Positions 11,038 through 23,400 of a stretch of 64,000 bases of DNA are shown in pieces. Both the position numbers and the translations under genes were made by a program. Below the pieces are notes generated by a model. It made no database searches. It saw only the letters and a program-made list of their open reading frames with translations, and was not told the DNA's origin. The number at the start of each line of letters is the position of its first letter. The stretch's first letter is position 1. This DNA comes from Perna viridis (Eukaryota): the NCBI GenBank assembly GCA_037379345.1, contig CM074518.1:28024001-28088000 (forward strand). Direction: 5' to 3'.

Positions 11038-14000
11038 GTAGGCATATACAATGTTGTCAGAATATCTGTTGTTTCCTGCATGTCTTACTTTGTTCTGAAA
11101 AATAGGGGGTTGGGGAAAATGCAACATTTTCAGTGTAAGTTAATTGAAAATTGTCTCCCTTTCTTCCCTTAAATTCATTTATTTCTTTTTACATGATGTA
11201 TTACGACCCTTCTATTTTCATTTTAAAATGCAATGACATGCACAAATAAGTGAATTTTGCTGTGGAATTAAGTTTTCAATGGCTTACGGCCTACTGTCAC
11301 TAACGACAAAAGGTTTTATAAACCTTGTTCACAATGGGCTGATTTAGATCAGGGGTAACATCTGCCATTCTGCAACTCAAACAAATATAACCATAACCAG
11401 TCCCTTTGCATGCTTTTGTCGTCAGAGTTGACAATCATCTCTCCTGGTATATGTGAATGTGTAAGGGAAATTTTATACTTTAATATCCTATGAACCATAT
11501 GTGTATATAATTTTACACCAGATGCATGCTAAATGACAACATTCTTGTATTTTATGTTCAAAGTTTGACGTAGATCTGTTCCTCAGTATTTAGGTTTTTT
11601 TTATACATTAGATGATTAATTTGAGAAATCTTTCAAATATTATTGTTTTTATTCTTAGTAGATTTCCTAACACCTGCTGTATTATAAAAATGTTTTCATA
11701 CTTTTAGAGACATGTGTATGATAGAATCTTTCTCATTTAAAATTTATGAAATTAAATTAAAAATTGATGTTCTGACATAGTTTAAGAGTCTTCCCTAAAT
11801 AAATGATTCTTTGCTATTAATGACATATTGGAAGTTCTATTTTAATGGTGAAAATGTTATTTTATGAAATTTGGACTTCAAAATTAAATTACATGTACTA
11901 TGTATTTAGTTTGTATCAAGGGAATTAGAAGTATTTACTTTGTGACATTAATGACATAATATCTGCCTTCGGGTGTCCATTACACCACATGGTCAGTTAA
12001 TTGTTTACAAAGGAGGAAACGACCATATAAATTATTCAAATGCAATTTATTCCTTTATATCGCCCTGGCATAGTAGGCACACTACTGAATAGGTAATGAA
12101 CTCCGTTCTTTTGTCTGCCTTGAAGAGAGGTGAAATTTCATTTAAGACAAACCACTCGATAATGATGGGAACAAATCCTGTGTTCCGATTGTATTTTCGC
12201 ACCGCTAGATGTGTATAAAAAATTTCGCAAACATTGAATATCAAATTCATTCTCCACTGTGAATACAAAAGAGAAATATTGCATGTTTCTGGTCCTATCT
12301 AAATAACATTTCTCTTATTGAAACTCCTGTGTTTACATTTGTTGAACAATTACAAATGAGAAAATTTGTTTGGCTTGGGAGTTTAAAAATTTAATATTGT
12401 CCAGGTAGAGAGAAGTATAAGGAAAGTTTTATCAACAAGGAAAATCCGTATTTAGAAATTTGGGACAAATTTCAATGCAGAGCGATTTATTCAAGAATTT
12501 GTTTGCTCATGACCTAGCGTGACCTTGTTTTGCATGCGAGTAGGGTTCGTGTTGTCATACACACTTCTAACTATCTTGAGTTGCACTTCTTGTGCGACTT
12601 GAGCATCCTTAACTGATAAGGGAATTGTATACATATTTGGTTCATTTAGTTTGTTTAGGTTATTAACTATTGCAATATTGTCACAATTTAATAGGACTTA
12701 AAATGCATGTTTTGATTAATTTGGGCAATAGGGAATTAAGTTGTAACTAGGCTGTCACTTCTGTTTTTAAAATTAAGACCTCCATGTTTAGAAAAAGAGC
12801 TAAGAGTGTGGTCGAAATTTTACTTCAATTTCAATTGCTTTTCTCTTTGTCTGATGGTATGATATAAAATGGATTTCAGTTAATCCTCAAAATTAGTACA
12901 TACTTGGAATTTGTATAAAATACTAGTAAAGCATCTTCAACCTTGTTCTCTGTTTAGATCCAAATTCTGCTCAGTCCTTGAGATCAAACTGTATGTAACA
13001 TGGACAGCAAATATTTCACTTTTAAAATGAGCATGCTTGCTATATTTAGAGTAATTATGTAGCTGTCTTTGTAAGAATCATGCAAAATCTGAAAAATGTG
13101 ATACACCCCAAACAAGGCTACATATCTTTATTTTTGTAATTAAGTTGTTTTATGGGTCTATACTATGAAATGTGTAATTATTCATTCAAATCTGCCTGTT
13201 CTTAGGAGATAATCAACATTGAAAATTCAATAGATTCTATTGCATTTAAGTGTCATTTACAGAGTTATCCTCCTTTATTTTGAAATATACAGTGCATTCT
13301 ATACAATTTTTATCTCCTAAGAACACAGGTTATATGAGAAATTGAATGTTTATTTCTGTTTACTACAATTCAAACAAAATATCAAAAATCAAAATATGTA
13401 GGCTTTTAACCCATGAATCACATTTTGCATGATTCTTAGCTGGAGTGCTACATTGATCAAATTACCCATTTAATAAGCTACAAAAAGGATTGTTTACACT
13501 GAAATGAAGGCAGATTTTGTATGTATTTCATATGGGCAGAGATGCAATCATACTTCAAGTTACAAGTACATGTTAGAAACATGTTTACTGATAAATGGTT
13601 ATATTTCTGATATTTTTTTCAAGGAAACCTTTTCCTTTTAAACAAAAGATATAATCATATATCATCTCCAAACTTGATGGTTTTTTTTTCCCAAATGTTG
13701 GGTTGACTGGTTACCAAACTCAACAACAAGACTGGAGGAAAAAGTAAACCAGTTTTAAGTAATTCCATGTTTGTAAACATCAGAGAACATGTGTCAAAGC
13801 GTATTAAGCTTTAATGATTTATTGATTCCCTCGTAATTCTTTAATAGTTGAAGGTTATTGTGAACTCCTACCAAAAAAACGATAAATCCATAAATTGCCA
13901 ATGTTAAAATAAACATAGGTTATTGCGGAATAAATGGTATTTTCATATTGAAATATTTGCATGGAACCCTGAGAAAGGAGTTCAGCTGTAGTATTCACAC

Positions 14001-15798
14001 GTTCTAATGTTATTTGAGTGTGCTCTGCTAACAAGCCTGGCACCAAGACATAATGAATATTTGCTTTCCTCTGCGGTGAAGCACTCGTAATCTCACTGTG
14101 GATGGAATTTTAAGATAAAATGATTTGACCTTTTAATTTAGTACTTTATGGTCCTATATTTAATCTGTTTCTGTTCATTTGGCCAGTTCTATCATTTGAA
14201 CTAAATATTTTTATAGAATATGTAATATCAACTAGTATGAGGAACCTTTGTTTAAAATTGTCCAGACTTCTGAATATGTGAATTCTATCAAGTAATAGGA
14301 ACTGAGGTTATGTAAACAATTCTAGAAGCTTCTTAAATTTTGATGTATTTAACAATTTAACAAAAGGCTAGATTTCCCCACTTCTAAGTGAACATCAAAT
14401 TTTTTTTCTCAACATGTTCATGAATTGTCATGATACCCTAACTCCTCAGATATTAGGTTTAATCATTCTTGAGTACTTAAGCTTTAGCTGTCCTTTAGAA
14501 CGACAATTTATCTTGTAAAGATCTGTCAATATCTAATTCACATGTATGAAATATTACTACCCTAGCTATAATATTCCTGCCATTCACATTTGTGTGTGTA
14601 GTTAGCACATCTTCTGATAAGCTGTGAGGAAGGCTACACATGACAAAGAATGTTCAAAGGTCACTTTCAATATTTTATCTCATTCTTTCTCATGTAGAAT
14701 TAAATGATACATATATATTAGGTATATACATGTTTATATTTGTGTGATAATTATGCATGGTTTTTAAGTATAAAATTTCACAAAATTGTTTTTAAAGAAA
14801 AAGTTCTCATTAATGAAAATAAGGAAACTTGAGTCTGCTCTAAGATATCTGTTGGAAATGTAAATAACATGGAAATGATGGCAGTCCATTGTTAACCGTC
14901 ATGCCTCGCCAATTCATCATATTAGCGTAGAAAGTTGAGAATCGTCATGTCTCTTGGGGAAATCAAGTTGTCTACTCCACTTTCGTTGTCAGTCTCTGCG
15001 GACACGTCTTTCCATATTAGTTTTCTTTGTTAAATACCATGGCAACAAGACCCGAAGCTAAGGTACAACCTCGGCTTGAATTATTAAATTGCAAACGATG
15101 TCCTACATGAAGAAATTTTTCTTTACCATGCCATGCAGAAGTTACATTGTTAGAGAGTGTCTTTGTTCGGGGAAATACAAGTGTCTACGTGGTATTTTTA
15201 TCAATATATTTAATTACGTTTAAACCATTTGTTTATACAATCTTCATGTAGTAAAGTGTATGCTACTGAATATTTTGCCTGGCCTTACTTGTCAAGATTT
15301 TTATCAACTTCGAAAAATTAATTTTCAAACATCATATTTATAAGGAGATAAAAGAATGGATTGCATAATATTTCTAACATAAACTTTAACATGAATTCCT
15401 CCATAAAAGAACATATTTTTGGAACTATATGTCTAAATCATGCAGTAATGTCTATCATTCTCCTTGTGTGTTCTTTGAAAAAAAAGTTAATATGCTCACT
15501 ACCAGTATTTAAAACTTGTAGAACTTCAACGTTTGGAGGAATGGATGAGAGGTCATTGAAGCAGAGATCACTTAAAGGGGGTTATAGAGAACTTAATCCG
15601 TTTATTTTTTAAATTGCCCTAAATTTATCATTTTAGGAGAAATGTTGACAAAAAATTCAAAGATGTAATCATTCCACCTATATATTATCAAATTGAGAGA
15701 GTCTTACTTCTTATGACACGGACTGAATACGAGCTTTATCTAGTATCCAGTATCGTCAGATTGTTTCATATTGTAAGTTGTGTTTTTATTTTTTTCAG

Positions 15799-16073
15799 CA
15801 TGCAAAAGAAAAGAACAGGAAATGTCTCCTCAAGAGAACAGAGCTCCAAAAAAACCTCGTTTAGTGTTCACAGACATTCAGAGGAGAACATTACATGCAA
15901 TTTTTAAGGAAACAAAAAGACCTTCTAAAGAAATGCAAGCTACTATTGCCCAACAACTCGGGTTAGAAGTCACGACAGTGGCAAACTTTTTCATGAATGC
16001 ACGCCGGCGATCTATAGACAAATGGCGTGATGACAATGGAAATGACAATCGGGAAGGGGTGATCAAGAGCTGA
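15799..16073 (+). CDS. ONECUT: ONECUT terminal coding exon: linker + atypical homeodomain
   Basis: The acceptor ttttttcAG|CA joins the upstream G to give ..RLAACKRKEQE.., then PKKPRLVFTDIQRRTLHAIFKETKRPSKEMQATIAQQLGLEVTTVANFFMNARRRSIDKW with the ONECUT F48/M50 signature. TGA at 16071-16073. Confidence 0.97.
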
Positions 16074-19000
16074 GTTGTCCTATTTTCTGACCTTAGCAAT
16101 ATTTCTACTTTGAGTATACCTGACTAGTTAAATGTTGTGTGGAGATTGGTTATATATGTGTATGATTTCCATGAAGCAATGTAGAAGTAGAAAAAAAGAA
16201 GTTCGTCCATTTTTTTTATGTGCAAATATATTTGTATCTTCTTGCTAATGCAGAACAGTGACAGCATTACCAAGGAAGAAGACCCATTGTACTATGAAAG
16301 CATAATTAGGCTAATGTGCATTGTCTCAACTTGCTGAGAAGAGAGTTCGACACTAGTCTTGCTAACTGAAGACATTATCAGTGATGCATGTCGATAATAT
16401 GTTAACAGACTTGCGCTGCAGTGGTATAGGACGTGGTTTAATATAAACTGGTTTTGTCTAATGTAGACAAATAGCTGAAGTAGATTTTTTGCTAGTAGAA
16501 TGGTGGTGTTTCCATATATTACGACCTTATTGTCTCATTTTTCCTTGTTAGCGAAAAACCATTATTGTGCGATGGTGCAAACATTGTTTAGTTTCATTCC
16601 TAGTGTTAATGTTTTATCAACATTCCATTTGATTTCTATGTATCTGTTTGAGGACAGAATGAGACCAGGATTTGATTTGAGAACATTCCAAATTCTAGAT
16701 TTAAAGAAAATGGCTCACACAATCTGGTTAAAAATTAGTTTATTTTCAAAATATGGTATTCGAATTTGAGCAATTGATTACAAAATTTGTTAAATTTTTG
16801 GAGTGTTGATTCAAATTTTAGGTTGTATTTTAGACAGTATGTACTATCAAATCTACAATGTATATTTTTGTCAGTAATCTCTATAAATTTGATTTTTTTT
16901 TTAAATTGTTAAGATAGCTTGAATAGTAGTAATGTATCAACAGAATCTCAAAATCATATAAGAGATTTTAAGAGTATGTAACAACTAAGTCTAATATTAC
17001 ATTTTGGTATCTGGTTTCAAAATAATGTCTTTACATTAGTCAAAGGAATTAGTTTTACTGAATGGAGTTGATCATTTTGACATCTTTGGATCTGACTTCT
17101 CTTTTTTAAGCTTTTGGCAGAAAAACAATCATATTTTTCATCCTCATTTGTGTTTGCCATGACATATCAGGTAGCTAGGTAGTAAGTTTCATTGTGTTCA
17201 TATAAACAATTTGGTTGTTCTGATCTAGTCGTAGCTTGTCTCGTAGGATTTCAGAAAAAAAAAACTTTGCCACAGGTTTCTGTGTTGTGTGTGTTTGGTC
17301 ATACAATCACTGTGTTTTATTGTGCAATATTTATTGATTTTTGTAATGGATTTTAGGTGATTATTTTGTTAATTATTATTTATTACATTTGTTGATTAAT
17401 TTATTTGTTTAATGATGGACATTCATTTGATGATTTTTTTGGGTGATTGTCATTATTGATCCAGATGCAAAACATTCCACTGACTCAGAATCTGTTCAAA
17501 GTATCCATGTCATTAAGATGCTTTAATATGGCTTCTGTAGTTAGAAAGATTTAGATCTGACATGCTTAAGAGAACAAAATGGCAAAACCCAAAAGCTTTA
17601 GCTTACTAGACTTAGTGGCAGCATATTTTGTTGTAAAATAATTTCCTGTCTTGGTTTGACGAATACACCAACAACAGACAATGAAACTTGTTCAGTGCAT
17701 TAAAAACTAGGGCACTTTGTGTCTAAAATAAATGGGTTGTAATGCGGTTTTGCCCTAGCATTGACCTAACAATCATATGCTTTGCATGCTTGTTAAAATC
17801 TTGAATGAAATCCAAATTTTTTTTAGGTTTTTCTATTTACTTTCTGCAGAGAATGAAATTCCCAATCACTTACTGTAATCTACAAACATGATCTATTAAT
17901 ATCTTTTTGCTCATTTTACACTTAATTCCTTTTATCCCCATTTACTTGGCTTTTTAAGAAATCCATTGATATACATTTTTTTCCAATATTTTGTTATCTT
18001 TTTATATAGATTTTGCCCTTTTTACAAGACTGCCAACTTTTCTTTATTTCTTTTTTTCTGTGTTATGGATAACCAACAATTATATTGTACTGCTTTAGAT
18101 CATTTTTTACTACAATTTAAATTTGAAACATCAGCAAGTTAGCTGTAAATTAAATTAAATTTCAGAATTACCCAGTTTTATTCATTATGATATTAAGAAT
18201 CTCAATCCAAATTACACAAGTTTTATGCTTTCAGTAGAAAGGCAAAGACAGCCATTTTGTGTCATGTGACAAAATATGTACCTTTTTATTTCATACATGT
18301 ACTGATAGTATGGACAGGTAAATGTAGTTATGGTTGTATCTGGTGGTCTGGAAAGCTTCATAATTTAACTGTTGGTTGTCTATTTGTTGATGTTGGTGTA
18401 AGAATTTGTGTTTATTTATTAATTTATTAAATGTTGTGTTTTGAAAAAACATAACGTGTAAATTTTCTGTGTATCATATAAGAATTTGTACATGTCTGAA
18501 CAAATTGTCCTCTGTTGCATGAGGCATGCAATAAAAGACGTATTTAAAAGTTTTTAGAGAGGTGTATAGACAAATTTTCATCATCCTTGTACATACATAT
18601 GGGTCATTTCATAGTCAGTCTATGGGTTCTTGACATGTACATGTAAATACAATGCCTTTTTATGACCGATCAGGAATTTTTGTCCCCCTATGAAGTACCT
18701 CACTCTGAGAACAGATAAAACATATTTGCATGGTCATTTTCTGTTTTTTAGATATTTTTATAGATAGATGTTTTTGGAACAAGGTGTTGTAATTAAGGTA
18801 TTATTGGTTTTTATGCATTTTACAAGTAACTTTTTTTCTATTTTATGGAAAACACAAGATCTGAAATGATTTCTCACTAGAATCTCAATAAGTAGGTTAT
18901 GGCTTAACTAGTTAATTCGTACACAATAACTTACCAATCTTATTTCCCTGGGGGAATTCTTCAGTAGAGAATTCTATATTCAGATAGTGCTTCATATTTC

Positions 19001-20680
19001 TTTTTATGTGTGTAATGTTGTAAATAAGAATAATTGAAACATTGAATTCAGTCTGGCCAATTTGAAGTCACCAGTAACTTCCCTGTATTATTTTGAATAG
19101 AAATTCTATACTTGTTTAGCTATGGTTAAAGTGAAGGCCCCTCCCTTTAAAGTTCTTTTCAATGAATTGTAAAAAAAAAAAATCAGGAAATCGTATGAAT
19201 TATTTGGAAGGAAAAATTAATGATCTTGAAAATTAAGTTAACTTGATTGAATTTTCAACATTAAGAATAAAAGAATGATTTCATACATCATTTAAAATAG
19301 AATGAGTTACATTCATTGCATAGTCTTATGATTTGAGCCAAGGTTGATGGCTTGTCAATGGTATTGTTAAGTAATTTTAGATAGAAACATGTTGCTGCCA
19401 AACAAATACCTTATAACATTTTCTTTAGAAGTTATGTGCTGTAACAGTTTGTTGAAGGATTATTTGCAAGTTAATTTCCATGGTAACGATGTCATGTGAT
19501 GGGAAATTGAACAGCTGTTTCCCCTTATGTAGGCTTTAATGTTTTATCACCAAATAAAACGAAAATTTGCTGTAAACATTCATATTTGCAGAATTTAACT
19601 TTGGATTCTGCTTTTGCTTCTATTGTTAGGAATTCTGTTTTGACATTTTGAAGGATGGATATCATGTATAATTTTATTCTTTTTCATCAAAAGAAAAATT
19701 CATCTAACTAGAGCCAGTTGATAAGAATTATATTGATTCATTTAAGAAGTCAAAGTTTTGTCATTATTTCATCTTTTTATGCCTTCAAGTAGAACTTCTA
19801 GTGGCACTTTAACCATATCAAGCTTGTACTGTAGATAGGCTTGGGACATTCCGTTCACGCAGTTTTTGCAAAAATAATGGCAGAAAAGAGCATTTGTGAA
19901 GAAATCATCCAGTATCACAAAGATTATAATTGCCACTATTGTTGCAAAAACTAATTTGTTCAGGGACCATACTGTGTATTTTCCTTATAAAGTATTGCCA
20001 TAGAAACCTAGTCACATGATAAAAACAGTCCCATTCATCAGTTGTCATGTGACCTTCCTGTCGCATGGTATAGCCATGTGAACAAGTCATGTGGTTTTGT
20101 CATTTATGATCAACTTATTTATTGTGCAATATACATACTTGTGTGTTGTGGTGCATATACAGTGTTAAAAATTGTACAAGTTATGTGTTTTCATTCATTG
20201 TCATTTTATGCATTACATTTTTACAGTTATTTATTTTTTAAATTACATTTTCATGGACTTTGTTTCTTCAACCTCATAGATTTCATTTTTCCATTGGTGT
20301 CGATTCTTCTGAAAATGAAATTGAACAAGAATCATGACTTTTGGTTGAATTTTAAGTCTTTGAACAGGAAAAGGGAATTTTAGTACATTTTTATTCTTTC
20401 CCTTTCCAATATTTTAGCTCTGAACAAAAGGGGCTTTTGTATTACATGTTTTTGTATTCTTGCATTTAAAGGACTGCATCTGTTATGATGTACAGAGGGA
20501 TCAACAAAATACAACAGTAGATAGTTGGTTTTTATGTGTCTATTTTTAGATGTGTGAAGCTGTTGTTTCACACTCTTAATTTTTTAGTATGTGTGAATCC
20601 GAAAGTTCACACTTATGCAAATCTTGGAAACATAACTTGTACTGATTATGAACAATAAATAGTCACCAAGCTATTGAAAA
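16074..20680 (+). other. Probable long ONECUT 3'UTR with alternative poly(A) signals
   Basis: U/GU-rich, CpG-poor sequence after the stop. AATAAA at 18530-18535 and 20654-20659; composition changes after ~21 kb. Confidence 0.45.
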
Positions 20681-22904
20681 CCTGCCTTTCTTTAATTGTC
20701 AGCCTATGGCTTGTTAATACCCGTAGGATAGAGAACCCAGTCTCTTGTGGAAACAGTGGAACACTTTTATCTAAGATGATGGTAATGAAAGACTAACTTT
20801 AAAACTGATTAAAGACATTTTTTGCTCACTTTAAACGTATGTAGTGATCCAATCTTGACATGCACACACACACACACTCACACATACCTAACACCAAACA
20901 AACGAAAAAAAAAATCATACAGGTATTTCAAATTTCAGTATGCTGTACCCGTTTTAAGTAGTAGTCACACATAACCAGCTCTAGAACCTATCCCAAATAC
21001 ATCATATGTATCCTACTAAAATGGTAAAGGATTGGGTAATCATGACATGCCTTAACTATTAAAAACAACACCTAGATTTCTTAAGTTTTACTTGTACATA
21101 TTTTCTTCTTGTGTACCTTGGGACTCCTGCATGGGTCTTGAAATATTGTGAATTTGGAGTGGAGCATTTGATTGTCGGATTCTGTAGGGTACTATGTCCA
21201 TACCCTTTCTACCTACAGCTTTTTATGTTTGATATATTGAACTTTATTACAATCTTAAAACAGATACATGTGATAGTGACTCAATTCACAAAACATAATA
21301 GCCAGTTTATACATGCCAATCAGGCCGAGTGAATACAGAAATTAAACTGACAGTCGATGAGTGGCGTGGAATCAGAAACCTCATTGTCGCAAACAAAGAG
21401 AGGGTGCAGGCTCTTGACTACTTCATGCACTTCCACTTTCTAACTGAAGTAAAACTTTCTTTTTAATTAATAAACTTCTTTCTGTTCAGGTTGAAAGAAT
21501 ACGTATGACGATGGAAAGTTAACCGAACCTAGCACTCTCGTATAGTGCGTTTGAATATTACGAAGTCAAAGTGACCTAATTTCTGTTCGAGGTCAAAGAA
21601 TCTAGATCAAATGACTTCGGTTCTGCTTCATCGGAATATTTCTTAACAAAAAGACACCTAGATGAATCTACATTTTCATATTTTATATTTTTTATTTAAC
21701 TTTGTCGAGATGACGCCACAAATATAGTCTAAAGAACATTAAACAAAAACGTGGTCTCTATTTAGTTTTAACATATGACAACTTCAAACATCTCTACTGC
21801 CATCGAATGACAATAAAAAGAATCTTTTGAGTTGGTGCTGGATGTTTCAGTTTCCATTAGTTTTTATTCATGTTTAGCTAAAATCGATATCTTTATTTCA
21901 GAAATCTGCAACTTTAAAGGCAGCATGTTTTAAGGAAAACTCTTACGTTTGATAAATCAGGCGGGTCGCACTCTGCAATTATTTGAATACTTCACAACCC
22001 CCAGGCGTTAAATTAGATTTTAGTTGTTTTCATGGAAGAGTGGTTAACATGAAAGTTTCGTCAAATTCCGACTTGTGCTACAGTGTGCGATTTTACGGTT
22101 GTAACGTTTTTGTGAAGGTGGTAGAAATATTGACATTAATCATGAAAGGAAGATATAAAAAACAAATGTAGCTATAAGATGGGGTGCTTAGCATGATCAT
22201 TCTGATTTAAAGCATCAAGAACAACCGGAAACCATCCAAGATTGAACGTACAAAAAAAAAACACAAGTTTTGGTATCGGGATTCACAGCCAAAAGTTCAA
22301 AATTATGTGATGGGTAATAACAAAATTACTGGTCTGATAAAATCAAGGGAACAGTCTAAACGTATTTATAGCAAAATTATATATATAACAAATGGCATTG
22401 TCAAGGTAAAACTGGAAAGTTGGAAACCGCCTCAATGATCCTGATTTGGAGCAGGCATTTTTATAGCGCCCTCACCCTCCCGCCTCCATTGCAGTTATTT
22501 GTTTCTTGAATTTGTTAAACAGGAGGCATAAAAATGCCACCGGTCACTATTGGTAAAATTTGTTTCGATGACACGTCAAGTTCAAGATGAAAATAAATAC
22601 ATAAATTAAAAAATATATATACCTATTTTTTTACACTATGAATCGTCATCTATAATCTGTAGGTCAAAATCAGAATATTTCTCAATTAGTTCTGGATATC
22701 GGAAATCATTTTTTTGTGGGGGGGGGGCAACGTATGAGACTTATTTTTAGAACACTGGCCCAAAAGCCTCCCTCCTAGGCAACGAAAGCGCATTATGAAG
22801 TCAGAAAAGTGTCTACTAGCCCAGTCATGTGATAATGACAGAGAAATAAAAACACCATAACGAGGGGAAGCTGTGGTCTATTAATACACATGAAAGAAAA
22901 TAAA

Positions 22905-23285
22905 AAATCGTCTCGTTTGTCATGCTTTTGTACTGATATGACTACTGTCGTCAAATTCGAGGTCAGGGTCTAAAAATGATGCGGATGTAGCTGTGTCAAT
23001 GGTCTCTTTAATTTCTGGTTGTAATGGATAAATAGATCGAAGCCATTTTCTAAAGTTAGGCTTATTAAAGGAGAAAGCATCGGCAATATATCGATATGTG
23101 AAAAGATTTTGAAGAAACTCCGATTGATATAAAATAAAAAATCTATAGGCTTTATGAGTGATCAACAAATACTGCCCATCGGAATGTCGATATTTTGTTG
23201 AAAAAGTATCCCTCCAAAAGTGACTTCATTTTGTCAAGAAGAAACTTTAGCATACTTATCACATTTTGTTCGGTAAATATAAAAA
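22905..23285 (-). mobile_element. Decayed Penelope-like retroelement reverse-transcriptase fragment
   Basis: Frameshifted translation: NVISMLKFLLD.., FTYRYIADAFSFN (degenerate RYIDD), IYP..EIKET.DTATSASFLD.DLEFD..HISTK, and DKRDDF at 22905-22922. These motifs are typical of the PLE RT C-terminal region. Confidence 0.8.
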
Positions 23286-23400
23286 TAGGAGATGTGGTAT
23301 GATTGCCATTGAGACAGTCATCCGCCAAATACAAAACAACAAATAATTAAACTTCTACCATTTATCCTACGGCCTTCTATGACGGGCAAAAGCAGCCTTT
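23281..23400 (+). repeat. Interspersed repeat fragment (AGATGTGGTATGATTGCCA.TGAGACA) abutting the PLE RT
   Basis: Resembles, from memory, an abundant mussel interspersed repeat. It lies directly next to the RT fragment. Confidence 0.45.
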
